Shown here piece after piece: positions 8,303-18,282 of a stretch of DNA of 64,000 nucleotides (its first letter is position 1; each line of letters starts with the position of its first letter). Made by a program: the position numbers and the translations under genes. The DNA comes from Desulfobacterales bacterium (GTDB lineage Bacteria > Desulfobacterota > Desulfobacteria > Desulfobacterales > UBA11574). Where the stretch lies: NCBI GenBank assembly GCA_030145345.1, contig JAQYVT010000004.1:992-64991 (forward strand). Direction: 5' to 3'. A model generated the notes under the pieces. It saw only the letters and a list, made by a program, of their open reading frames with translations. It ran no database searches and was not told the DNA's origin.

Positions 8303-9631
8303 CTATTCCGAATAGCGCTGCATCAGCTTATAGATTGCATTTGTTCCAAAATCAATCGACTCAGCGGGAACACGCTCGTCTACCGAGTGGATCGTTTTTG
8401 CAAAATCAAAGCCTTTGGGGAGAGGCATCGGCAAAAAGCCGTAGGTCTGAATACCCAGGCGGGAAAAAAAACGTCCATCTGTGGCTCCGCTCATAAGGAG
8501 AGGCACGGGTATGCACCCGGGATCGTCTTCGACCAGTATGGCGGACAGCGTGTCAAACAGTCCCATATCCGGTTCGACCGGACCTTCATCATAGCGGGTA
8601 ACTTCAAATTCAACTTCGCTTCCGATGATTTTTCGAAGTTCTGCAAACATGTCCTCTGGACGATAACCCGGCAATAATCTTCCGTCTAACTCAACGGTTA
8701 CTTCACTGGGTATTACGTTGATTTTCTCGCTTCCGTGCAAGATGGTCGCACTTACCGTATTATGCAGCAGCGGGTCAAAAGTACGGCCCCGTTCGCCGAG
8801 AAGGTTTAATATCGTGTTTGTAAGCGGCGGGTTTGTCAGTTGTCTGATCATCAGGCCGGATATGCCGCCAAGCTCGGAAGCTATTGTAGTGAACATTTGA
8901 CGGGCTACCGGTGTAATGTGAACGGGCAGGCGTTTTCTGTCAAGGTTTTGAAGGATTTGAGCAAGTTTTGCCATGGACCCATTACGAACAGGCAGTGAAC
9001 CATGTCCGCCCGGACCGCGAACAATTGCTTTCATCCAGCATGGATGCTTTTCCGCCACCATAATCGGGTAGAAGCGTTTGTTTCCGATATCCAATGAAAA
9101 TCCACCGAACTCTCCGATGGCGTATTGAACGTTCTCAAAGAAATGCGGATGGTTGTCTACGAGATACTTGGCGCCCAAATCACCACCGGCTTCTTCATCG
9201 CTGACGATGGTTAAAATAATATCCCCCGGCAGTTTCGCCCCTTCGGATTTTGCACGTAAAAATGCGGAAACCATCATGGCGACGCCGCCTTTCATATCCA
9301 GGGCGCCGCGTCCCCATATAAAGCCATCGACCAGTTTTCCTTCAAATGGGGGGTATTGCCATTTTTGTTTGTCTGTGGTTACAACATCGACATGTCCGTA
9401 AAGCAAAAGAGGGGCGGCATTACCCTGACCTGCCAATCGTGCGATCAGGTTGGGGCGTTTCGGTGTCTGAGCCGCAATGGTTGTTTCGATCCCCGCATCT
9501 TTTAGCAACTCACCGATAAACTGAATACATTCCGCTTCATTGCCGGGTGGATTCGTGGTGTTGAACTGAATGAGTTTTTGCAGGAGTTCTGACGGGCGCT
9601 GATGGACAGATGATTTTCTTTTTGATTTCAT
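8303..9631 (-). CDS. M20/M25/M40-family metallopeptidase (dipeptidase/deacylase-like)
   Basis: Motifs HVDVV, GRGALDMKGG and SDEEAGG. ATG 9631 (MKSKRKSS) is preferred over the GTG at 9688. Confidence 0.8.
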   Translation of the reverse strand: MKSKRKSSVHQRPSELLQKLIQFNTTNPPGNEAECIQFIGELLKDAGIETTIAAQTPKRPNLIARLAGQGNAAPLLLYGHVDVVTTDKQKWQYPPFEGKLVDGFIWGRGALDMKGGVAMMVSAFLRAKSEGAKLPGDIILTIVSDEEAGGDLGAKYLVDNHPHFFENVQYAIGEFGGFSLDIGNKRFYPIMVAEKHPCWMKAIVRGPGGHGSLPVRNGSMAKLAQILQNLDRKRLPVHITPVARQMFTTIASELGGISGLMIRQLTNPPLTNTILNLLGERGRTFDPLLHNTVSATILHGSEKINVIPSEVTVELDGRLLPGYRPEDMFAELRKIIGSEVEFEVTRYDEGPVEPDMGLFDTLSAILVEDDPGCIPVPLLMSGATDGRFFSRLGIQTYGFLPMPLPKGFDFAKTIHSVDERVPAESIDFGTNAIYKLMQRYSE

Positions 9632-10346
9632 AAGGCCGCTTTCGATTATCGATAGTTTCCCATAAAGTTCATGCCGGAATGGTCGCACTGTCTGGGTTTC
9701 TGTTTCGCGTCATCAATCTTTCAAACAAGTTTTTGCATCCTATGGATTTGTTTTTGTTCCTAATCTCAGATTTTTTTGTATTATAGTAAAAAGGATTAAT
9801 TATTCAACAAAATAATAGGTAATTGATTAGCATTAAAGAGGCACTCACAACCCTCCCCATAACTGTCTCATTTCACCTTTTTATTTCAAAGAGAGCGCGC
9901 TTTGCATAACCTATAGAATTTTTGGCGGCCAAGCCAAGACCATCCTTCAAAACTCTGCGGATCTTAATCTATAATATTTCGTTAAAAATCCACACAAAAA
10001 AAAGTCTTTTAATTATGCATTATTAGTTGCAATTAAAGATGATATGTGTCATGCTTTCTTAAAAAATCAAGGGGATTGAAATTCTTAAAGCTGGACACCG
10101 TATAAGGTGGTTAGGTGCGCCCGGTGAACAAAAATCGGGTAGATCACCATAAAATGAGCCTCTTGCGAGGCTAAAATGCAGATTGATAATAGGCCATTGT
10201 CCTTATTTTAAGAGTAATTTGCTGTAATTCTCAACGCTGCTTCTTAAAAATTTTGACAAAATCCTAAACTCGGTAATCCAGCGAGTTTTTCAAACCTCTC
10301 AGAAAATGAGAAAGATGGACGACTGTAGACATAGGAGAATAATAGC

Positions 10347-12374
10347 ATGTCAGACCAAGAAATCCGCATAGAGGTTCAGCCTCTAAAATTAAAGTTAAAA
10401 TCAACTTTTCGCCATGCAGGGAAAGAAAGAAATGAAGGTGAAAGCATCTGGGTTATAGCCAACCGAGGGGGAATAACAGGATACGGCGAAGGATGTCCAA
10501 GATCCTATGTGGCAGGAGATGATCTGAAATCGAGTGTTCAATGGGTAGAGAAAAACTTTTCAAGCGGAAACATCTTTTTTAATACATTGGATGATGTAAA
10601 AAACTGGATGAAAGAGAATGATAGCTTAATCGACAGTTATCCCTCAGCCTGGTGTGCAATAGAAATGGCATTGCTGGATCTCTTCTCGCAGGAGAAGAAT
10701 TGTAGTGTGGAAGCAATGCTCGGCATTGACAATTTCAGAAGACAAGGGAGATATACGGCTGTTCTGGGTGATGACAAGAGATGGAAGTATACTACCATAG
10801 TTGATCAATATCTGGTCCGCGGATTTTCAGATTTTAAAATCAAGTTAAACGGAGACCTTGAAAGGGACAGGGACAAGATTGCTATTCTAAAGGATCTGTG
10901 TGAACAGCATGGGACATCAGATGTTCGTATACGCCTGGACGCCAACAACTTATGGGACAGCAGGCCTGAAGAAGCTATCACACACTTGAAAGCATTGGAT
11001 GGACCCATATTTGCGATAGAAGAACCCGTTGGCTCCAAAAACGCTCCTGATATAATCAGGGTAAGCGCAGCTACTGGGTTGCCCGTGATTCTGGACGAAA
11101 GTCTGTGTAAGTTGAGTGAACTATCACTGTATAAAAATTCTTTAGGGAAATTCATCGTGAATATTAAAATTTCACGAGTGGGTGGACTTATTCGGTCCCT
11201 GAAAATAATTGACGAAATAAAAAAACTGGGCTGGCCCATAATTATTGGCTGCCATGTCGGGGAAACATCCTTGTTAACCCGCGCCGCACTCATCCCTGCT
11301 GCTGCGGCCGGAGAAAACCTGATAGCTCAGGAAGGGGCGTATGGTGATTATTTGGTTGAACGGGAACCTGTAGAACCGATTCTGAAGTTTGGTCGCCATG
11401 GGCAGTTGGATCTGAGTCTTCCGTATTACTACAAAACTTTTCAAGGGCTTAAAGTAATACCAACGGAAAACTGGAACACAGGATTGGGCATGCTTTGTCG
11501 ATGGCCCACCCTTCCTGATAATGGCCACCCTGAAATTTTAACTATAAAAATGCCGGATAAGTATAAGATTCATTACCGACATTGGGGTAAAACCCAGGGG
11601 GAAGATGTTTTGCTGGTCCTGCATGGCGGCATGAGCCATTCGGGATGGCAGGCGCCTCTAGGCAATGCCTTGAAATCCCTATCCGGAAATTTAGCGATGG
11701 TGGCACCGGATCGCAGGGGCTGTGGATTAAATAATGACCGTGGAGATCTAGGTTCGGTTCACCTGGTAATAGAAGATGTGGTAAAACATATTGAATTTTT
11801 AAAACGCTCGTTCAAGCGGGTCCATCTGGCAGGATGGTGCCAGGGAAGTCAATACGCCACGGTCGCTGCCGCCCAAGCAGGAGATCTGCTTTCCAGTCTT
11901 ATCTTATTAACCCCCGGCTTTTTCTGGAATGAACGTTTCAGGTCCGTCATTCGTATTGCGGAAAGTAATATATTCAACATGGTGTCTGAACTTAAATTAA
12001 GGCCGGACCGTAACCAGGCATATGTTCCAATCCCGATGGAAGGAACCGATTTTACAATGGATGAAGAATGGCTTGATTTTATTGAAAACGATGAACTCAA
12101 AACCACCATGATTACCATGAAAACCGCACATATCATGGATGAGATCCAGGAACTTTCCTGGCAAGCGCTCTTTCAAACAAATCTTCCCATGTTAAGCATT
12201 CTGGCGGAACAGGATCGAATTGTGGATAATAATAAATTCCAGCAATTTACTGGCCATATGTTTTCAGGGAAAAACCACAACAGGCTGGTAAAACTGGAAA
12301 GCGGGCATGCCATACAATTTGAAATGCCTGAACAAATTGCCGGGGAGATTATCAGTTTTATCCAAACAATATAG
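10347..12374 (+). CDS. Fusion protein: N-terminal enolase-superfamily (MLE subgroup) domain plus C-terminal alpha/beta-hydrolase domain
   Basis: RBS AGGAG lies upstream. Enolase-superfamily catalytic pattern: FKIKL (K164/K166), LDAN (D198), IEEP (E225), LDES (D250), NIKISR (K274). The C-terminal half has HGG (LHGGMSHSGW), a nucleophile elbow G-W-C-Q-G (C498, TGC 11838-11840), EQDRIVD, and SGHAIQFE. Confidence 0.8.
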   Translation: MSDQEIRIEVQPLKLKLKSTFRHAGKERNEGESIWVIANRGGITGYGEGCPRSYVAGDDLKSSVQWVEKNFSSGNIFFNTLDDVKNWMKENDSLIDSYPSAWCAIEMALLDLFSQEKNCSVEAMLGIDNFRRQGRYTAVLGDDKRWKYTTIVDQYLVRGFSDFKIKLNGDLERDRDKIAILKDLCEQHGTSDVRIRLDANNLWDSRPEEAITHLKALDGPIFAIEEPVGSKNAPDIIRVSAATGLPVILDESLCKLSELSLYKNSLGKFIVNIKISRVGGLIRSLKIIDEIKKLGWPIIIGCHVGETSLLTRAALIPAAAAGENLIAQEGAYGDYLVEREPVEPILKFGRHGQLDLSLPYYYKTFQGLKVIPTENWNTGLGMLCRWPTLPDNGHPEILTIKMPDKYKIHYRHWGKTQGEDVLLVLHGGMSHSGWQAPLGNALKSLSGNLAMVAPDRRGCGLNNDRGDLGSVHLVIEDVVKHIEFLKRSFKRVHLAGWCQGSQYATVAAAQAGDLLSSLILLTPGFFWNERFRSVIRIAESNIFNMVSELKLRPDRNQAYVPIPMEGTDFTMDEEWLDFIENDELKTTMITMKTAHIMDEIQELSWQALFQTNLPMLSILAEQDRIVDNNKFQQFTGHMFSGKNHNRLVKLESGHAIQFEMPEQIAGEIISFIQTI

Positions 12375-12550
12375 CCTGGCTGAAGTTTATACGGATTACC
12401 CTTATCTTTAGATTTTCCAGGCGTTTTTGTAGGTACATTTCCGCATGATGCTGACCAGTCAATAACATCAAACTCTGCGAGTACCACATCCTTCACCTAC
12501 GGTTGCAAACTTAATTTTGTTGCTAAATGACAGGGCCGTATTCCTTCTAA

Positions 12551-14119
12551 TTATTCTTTGTCCAGAACACTCCTTATTTTCTTTGAAAGAGTTTTCATAT
12601 CAAATGGTTTCTGGATAAAACCATTACAACCACGATCCAGTATTTCGGTCGCTTGACCTTTGATACCGTATCCGCTCGAAAGGAGAACCTTGATATCAGG
12701 ATTTATCGTTTTTAATTTATCATAAGTTTCTCCACCGTCCATGACCGGCATAATTATATCCAGCAGAACTATATCGATCTTTTCCATGTTCTTTTCATAA
12801 ATCTCTAAAGCTTCTTTTCCATTCTCTGCAATCAAAACTTCATACCCTAAGCTTTCAATCATGTCCTTGCCGACCTTCACAATTATATCCTCATCATCAA
12901 CAAAAAGAATCGTTTCTGAGCCCCTAAGCACCTTTTCATAGACCTTCTTTTCTTTTACAGGCTCCTTTTCCGAGACCGGTAGATGTATCTTTAACGTTGT
13001 TCCGATATCTTTCTCGCTGTAAACATCTATAAACCCACCATGATTCTTGATGATACCATACACAGAGGCCAGCCCCAGCCCGGCACCCCTGTCCATTCTC
13101 TTGGTTGTAAAAAATGGATCGAATATTCTTTCCTGGGTCGCTTTATCCATACCCACACCAGTATCTGTTAAAGAAATTTGAACATACTGGCCGGGTTCAA
13201 CTTGATACGGCCTTTTAAAATTCTCATCAATTACAACGTTTTTTGTCTGGATGTATAGATCTCCCCCTCCGGGCATCGCCTGGTGGGCATTGACATATAG
13301 ATTTAAAAGCACTTGTTCAATTTGTTTTTGGTCTACTTCTACCGGCCAAATATCCGTTTGACTCTTTAAATGAATGGTAACCTCTTTTTTTATTCGCCCA
13401 AACCTATCGGCGCTTTTATCGATGATTTCGTTCATGTCCGTCGGTTTGACTTCGTATTTCCCCCCTCTGGCAAATCCCAAGAGTTGTTTTGTAAGTTTTA
13501 CTGAGCTCTTTATGCAATCCTCTATTCCTTTGAGGTGTTCAAAATGGGGGTGATCAGGACCAGTTTGCAAATACATCAAGGCAGTCCGCCCCTGTATTCC
13601 CATTAGCAGATTATTGAAGTCGTGAGCAATGCCACCGGCCAATGTGCTGATGGCCTCCATTTTCTGAATCTGTTGAAATTGTCTTTCCAGCTTTTTTTGT
13701 TCGCTGATGTCTCTTAGATCTAAAGCACTGCCCCTTGGGTTTCCTTCCCTATCCCTGTATACAGCTCCGCTTATACTTACATGGATAATGCTTCCTTCTT
13801 TTGTGTAGCAATGAGTTTCAATGCCTGAAAAACTTTTACCAGCCAGCAATTTATCGCTCATCGTTTTGATTTCTGGCCAAGCATCCTCTGGCACAAAAAA
13901 ATTCATCGACTTGCCAAAACACTCATTTAAAGTCCACCCGAAAACACTTGTGAAGGCAGGGTTGAAATATTCTACTTTGCACTCAATATCGAAAAGGACA
14001 ACTGGGTCAGGGATTGTCTCTATAATCGTACGGTATTTTTCATCGCGCTGTTCTAAAGCACTTTCAACTTGCTTGTTTTCCGAGACATTTTTAGTATATG
14101 AAAGCATTCCTATGCCCAT
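12551..14119 (-). CDS. PAS-domain hybrid sensor histidine kinase with C-terminal receiver
   Basis: PAS region, H-box AHDFNNLL, HATPase N/G boxes (NLYVNAHQAM, DTGVGM, GAGLGL), and a REC domain (ILFVDDED...LLDIIMPVMDG). No transmembrane segment is evident. Confidence 0.85.
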   Translation of the reverse strand: MGIGMLSYTKNVSENKQVESALEQRDEKYRTIIETIPDPVVLFDIECKVEYFNPAFTSVFGWTLNECFGKSMNFFVPEDAWPEIKTMSDKLLAGKSFSGIETHCYTKEGSIIHVSISGAVYRDREGNPRGSALDLRDISEQKKLERQFQQIQKMEAISTLAGGIAHDFNNLLMGIQGRTALMYLQTGPDHPHFEHLKGIEDCIKSSVKLTKQLLGFARGGKYEVKPTDMNEIIDKSADRFGRIKKEVTIHLKSQTDIWPVEVDQKQIEQVLLNLYVNAHQAMPGGGDLYIQTKNVVIDENFKRPYQVEPGQYVQISLTDTGVGMDKATQERIFDPFFTTKRMDRGAGLGLASVYGIIKNHGGFIDVYSEKDIGTTLKIHLPVSEKEPVKEKKVYEKVLRGSETILFVDDEDIIVKVGKDMIESLGYEVLIAENGKEALEIYEKNMEKIDIVLLDIIMPVMDGGETYDKLKTINPDIKVLLSSGYGIKGQATEILDRGCNGFIQKPFDMKTLSKKIRSVLDKE

Positions 14120-14675
14120 TCCCTCAAGAATTAAAAACAGTTAAAACACAACAGGATTTGGCCAGATTTCTTCATCTTGATAGAAAAATCGATTTATTGG
14201 CAAAAATTTATATCGTTATACTCTTTGATGTTTCTTCCCAGGGGATGTTAGTTAAAAAAAAGCGATCAACTAAATCGCCCTTCTCAAAGATTATCAAGAC
14301 AGGTCGAGAATCCTACAAGGCTCTTGCCACATATAATAGTCTCCCGAGATGCCGTTATTAACACCTGGATATATCTTCTCTTTTTATTAAGATTTTGAAG
14401 ATGCCCGGCTGAAAAGATGCACGCATTTCCGAGAAATTCTATTGGCTAAATTAAGGTAAAGCAAAAAACGTGCAAAGTTAAACATTCTATTTTTAAAAAT
14501 AGATATATAACTATATTTCAACGGGTTATATTTTGTTTGCAGGTTGCACGGCAAAAGTATTTGACAATATTTGACAGTAATTTTGCTATTTTTTGCCAGT
14601 TTTAAACTATCTGGAGGAATATTAGGCGAAAGTTAAATCTGAAAAATCTAAACCGCTACAGGTTTATCAAAAGAG

Positions 14676-14717
14676 TCCTCACAAATAGGGTGCAATGCCG
14701 CTTCAGGGAATCCACTC
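14676..14717. repeat. 42-bp repeat, partner of 33928-33969 in inverted orientation
   Basis: TCCTCACAAATAGGGTGCAATGCCGCTTCAGGGAATCCACTC matches the reverse complement of 33928-33969 at 40 of 42 positions. Confidence 0.85.
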
Positions 14718-14947
14718 TGAGAATTGGAGCCGGGCCACAGGAATATGTTGCTATTATAGATAATACATTTAATTTTTGAGTCAAATAAGGCTGTGAATTC
14801 AACTCATAAGTGCAACAGAATTTGGTGGTTAAAAGATGAGTTAACTGCTATACATTAAGTGATCCTTCACCGCCAGCGGCCTGATTACGAGTTCCCCAGA
14901 CATTGGTAACAAGGCTTTTAAATGTTGAATATAGGAGAAAATCAATC

Positions 14948-16120
14948 ATGAAATACACTCGATGGTATGTTCCTGTAGCTCTGTTTATTATATTTATTTT
15001 TTTTAACACACAGATCACAAGCGGGCAAACTTCCCTTGATTCAAAGCTTAAACCTTACCTCAGTCAATATGATTTGCCTGCCATAGCAGCATCCGTAGTG
15101 AAGAGCGGTGAGATCGTCTCATCCGGTGCTCTTGGAACGCGCAAATTAGGCTCGACCATTCAAGTAACGATAAACGACCGCTTTCATTTAGGCTCCGATA
15201 CGAAAGCGATGACCGCTTTGCTGGCGGCCATAATGGTGGAAGAAGGAAAACTTAATTGGCATTCAACCATAGCGGGGGTTTTTCCGGAAATTGCTGACAA
15301 AATGGATCCAAGAGTACGAAAAGTCACCCTTGAACAACTTCTTTCACATACAAGTGGCATGCCGGCTGACAACGAAGATTTTGTCAATCTGCTCAAAGCA
15401 TCTTTCAACCAAGAAGGGAATCTTGATGAATTGCGATATTGGCTCGTTGAACAGTGGTGTAAGCGACCTTTAGCATCCGATTCGGGTACAAAATTTGCCT
15501 ATTCCAATATGGGCTATACGATTGTCGGTGCTATGATTGAACGTGTTGGCGGAGAGACTTGGGACGAATTAATTACAAAACGTATCTTTATGGCTTTTGG
15601 ATTAAAAACGGCCGGTCTTGGATGCCAGTCCTCCCTTGGCAAAATTGATGCACCTCTGGGTCATTCGGTCCTAAATGGTAAAGTGAAAGCTCATCTGGCA
15701 GGGCCCAATGGTGACAATCCCTCCATTTTAGGCCCTGCCGGGATAGCACATATGTCCGTCCTTGATTTTGCTCGGTGGGCCGGATGGAACGCAGGTAATG
15801 GAAGTCGAGAGCCTTTTATAGTAGGGCTTGAAACTATAGAAAAGCTTCATACGCCGGTTATTACGATCCCCCCAATGAAAGATGCGCCACCTGGCACACC
15901 CCCTCGCGGCAAGTATGCACTTGGCTGGGGGGTCGTAGATGTAGAATGGGCACCATACCCCCTTCACCATCATGCCGGCTCGAATGGAATGAACTTGACG
16001 CACATCTGGTTAGATAAAAAGCGTGACATCGCTATGGTCATCGTTACGAATATTGGCGGGAAGAAGGCCGATGAGGCATTGCGCAAGCTTGCCTCCGAAT
16101 TATATAAGGGGGTAAAGTAG
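14948..16120 (+). CDS. Secreted serine hydrolase, beta-lactamase/PBP (class C-like) family
   Basis: Signal-like N-terminus and an SxxK motif (GSDTKAMTA). ATG 14948 has AGGAG upstream. Confidence 0.8.
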   Translation: MKYTRWYVPVALFIIFIFFNTQITSGQTSLDSKLKPYLSQYDLPAIAASVVKSGEIVSSGALGTRKLGSTIQVTINDRFHLGSDTKAMTALLAAIMVEEGKLNWHSTIAGVFPEIADKMDPRVRKVTLEQLLSHTSGMPADNEDFVNLLKASFNQEGNLDELRYWLVEQWCKRPLASDSGTKFAYSNMGYTIVGAMIERVGGETWDELITKRIFMAFGLKTAGLGCQSSLGKIDAPLGHSVLNGKVKAHLAGPNGDNPSILGPAGIAHMSVLDFARWAGWNAGNGSREPFIVGLETIEKLHTPVITIPPMKDAPPGTPPRGKYALGWGVVDVEWAPYPLHHHAGSNGMNLTHIWLDKKRDIAMVIVTNIGGKKADEALRKLASELYKGVK

Positions 16121-16167
16121 GATAAGTGAGATGCGCTGCTAAAAGGAATAACTATCTCCCGTCATAA

Positions 16168-16593
16168 TCACTCAATGGTTTTTTCTTCTAATTCATAACC
16201 GTATTCAGCGAGCCGGTCCCTGAGAATCTCTTTTAACCTATTGTCTTTATATTCGAAAAATTTCTTTTGTATATCTGGATAATCTGCGAGGGTATTTTTG
16301 AAGTTAAAAAAGGGTTTTTTTCGCTCAAGTGCATCGAACATTTCATTCCTTATTTCATCGGATTCAAGGGATGCAGCAAAATCTTGCATTATTTCATAAC
16401 CTTCATGACTGGCAACGGGTTCAATAAAAAAATATCTGTCATCATTCTCCGCATCTTCATCACCGACATCCGCATCAACATCCGGCAATACAACTTCGCC
16501 GTTGAGCAAATCGATATAGCATGAACTCGCAAACCCGGAACTATCTTCCATGTAATACAAAATTGGATCTATAAAGAGCTTGATCTTTTTCAT
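16168..16593 (-). CDS. Small acidic hypothetical protein (UPF0158-like)
   Basis: 141-aa ORF with an acidic middle region. The resemblance to the UPF0158 family is from memory only. Confidence 0.5.
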   Translation of the reverse strand: MKKIKLFIDPILYYMEDSSGFASSCYIDLLNGEVVLPDVDADVGDEDAENDDRYFFIEPVASHEGYEIMQDFAASLESDEIRNEMFDALERKKPFFNFKNTLADYPDIQKKFFEYKDNRLKEILRDRLAEYGYELEEKTIE

Positions 16594-16722
16594 CTCTTAT
16601 CATCCTTTCAAGGTCCTAAGTGACCTTCCGGTCGATAGCATCTCAACGTGGCAACGGCCCGTTTCCCGCTCTGTTCAGCGGGCGAATCGACAGCCCCGTC
16701 TTATCCGAAGATCCCGTCTTTT

Positions 16723-17478
16723 TTAGAATTTCTCCATGGCTTCCCGCAATCGTTCACGCACCGCTTCCGAATACCAGCTTTCAATGAAATACCGCTCCTT
16801 CTCCGTTTCCCGTGCCAGCACCTCTGCCACTGTTGTCTCGACACGATGCCGTTTGATCATTCCATATGCTGTTTCAGGCAAAGAGCCCAACTTCTCGGCG
16901 TGTGCCACGGCCTTATTCACGACTTCCTCCACGGGCAGGACTTCGTCCACCATGCCCATTTCCAGAGATTCCGCAGGCGCATAAAAATCGCCACTCTCCA
17001 TCATCTTGCGGGCGTGCCGAACCCCTGCCAAAGCGTGCAGCACCCGGTCTGCCAGGTACGGCACCGGAACGCCCAGCTTAACCTCGTTCAGTCCCATCAG
17101 TTTCCGCCCTTCCGCAATGAATCGCCAGTCACAACAAAGCGCCAGTATACACCCGCCGGCCAAGGCATGGCCGGTTATCGCCGCGACGGTCGGTTTGGGC
17201 AGGGTGTACAGATCCATACAGACCCGGTTGAACACTCGAAAGAAGTCTCGGAAATCTTCCCTGTCCAGCGCATACAGATCGGGGATATCAAGCCCTATGG
17301 AGAAGAATTTCTCATTGGAACTCCCCAGCACAAGACCGCGCACAGTGGCGTCGCTTTCGGCCCTCTGAAGAACCTCGCCCAGCTCCTGAACGAACTCCGG
17401 ATTCAATGCATGGGTGACGCCGCGATTAAACTTAGCGAGCATCACACTCCCGCGATAATCGACCGAAATCATTTCCAT
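16723..17478 (-). CDS. Enoyl-CoA hydratase/isomerase (crotonase) family protein
   Basis: Crotonase fold signatures (ALNPEF..., AAITGHALAGGCILALCCD). AGGAG lies 7 nt upstream of ATG 17478. Confidence 0.85.
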   Translation of the reverse strand: MEMISVDYRGSVMLAKFNRGVTHALNPEFVQELGEVLQRAESDATVRGLVLGSSNEKFFSIGLDIPDLYALDREDFRDFFRVFNRVCMDLYTLPKPTVAAITGHALAGGCILALCCDWRFIAEGRKLMGLNEVKLGVPVPYLADRVLHALAGVRHARKMMESGDFYAPAESLEMGMVDEVLPVEEVVNKAVAHAEKLGSLPETAYGMIKRHRVETTVAEVLARETEKERYFIESWYSEAVRERLREAMEKF

Positions 17479-17511
17479 TTTGACTCTCCTTCAAGTGGCA
17501 CGACAACAGAT

Positions 17512-17704
17512 TTTGACGGCTTCGTAAAAAGTCTTTTGTGAGCGACATCGAGCAATTTTGGAGAAAGATTCATGATGAGTCTGGCGTAAAAAATTGCAAG
17601 CTGTTTGAGGGCGTTAGCCCGAGTTCTTGCAATTTAGCCAGACGAGTCATGAATCCCAAAATTGCTTGCGGAGCGAGCAAAATCAGACTTTTTACGAGTT
17701 CATC
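17512..17704. repeat. Long-hairpin palindromic intergenic repeat, copy B
   Basis: About 95% identical to copy A by eye. Shares the flanks TTTGACGGCTT and AGTTCATCA. Confidence 0.9.
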
Positions 17705-17715
17705 AGATTTTGCTT

Positions 17716-18282
17716 TTATGATTTTTTTCCGACCTCAAATGCTTTCCCGATAAATTTGCCAATGGTATGATATTTTCGGACTTCAGGGCTGAAGACAATG
17801 GGACGAATTTTTTCGATATCCGGCGTGCCTTCATCGGTCAACATACTGTTCTCTATCTTGACATCCAGAATTTCTCCGACAAAATGGGTATGCAAGCCTA
17901 TTTCATAATGATGAATCACCTTGCATTCCAAAATCATCGGAAATTCAGCCACATACGGTGCATCGACACGTTCTGATTTCATGGGTGTCAGACCGCTTTC
18001 CTTGAATTTATCCGTGTTTCGCCCGGATACCATGCCAAAGTAATCCGCTTCCTGAACATGATGTTCAGACGGTACACTGAGGGTATACGCCTTCCTTTCC
18101 ATTATATTGCCATAGGTATAAGTGGCCTTGCGAAGCGAAATGGTCACACAGGGCGGTTTGGAACAGCAGATGCCGCCCCAAGCAATGGTCATAACGTTGG
18201 GGGCACCCTTCGTATCGTAGGACCCGACACACCAGACCGGTGTGGGAAAAATTAGCGTTTTAGCACCAAATGATTTTTTCAT
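17716..18282 (-). CDS. Flavin reductase-like (FMN-binding split-barrel) protein
   Basis: 188 aa with flavin_reduct-like sequence (PNVMTIAWGG). AAGGAG RBS upstream. Confidence 0.75.
   Translation of the reverse strand: MKKSFGAKTLIFPTPVWCVGSYDTKGAPNVMTIAWGGICCSKPPCVTISLRKATYTYGNIMERKAYTLSVPSEHHVQEADYFGMVSGRNTDKFKESGLTPMKSERVDAPYVAEFPMILECKVIHHYEIGLHTHFVGEILDVKIENSMLTDEGTPDIEKIRPIVFSPEVRKYHTIGKFIGKAFEVGKKS

Noticed and set aside
10080-10180. Several small hairpins (CACC-GTATAA-GGTG, CCCG...CGGG, AGCCTC-TTGC-GAGGCT) in the long AT-rich region upstream of the fusion gene, considered as a possible riboswitch or sRNA.
   Set aside because: There is no match to any riboswitch consensus I can recall, no terminator U-run and no second copy. 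The evidence is insufficient to call a feature.
14098-14361. An 87-aa plus-strand ORF in the 830-bp non-coding stretch upstream of the histidine kinase.
   Set aside because: It overlaps the kinase start, is AT-rich and low-complexity, and has no RBS or motif.
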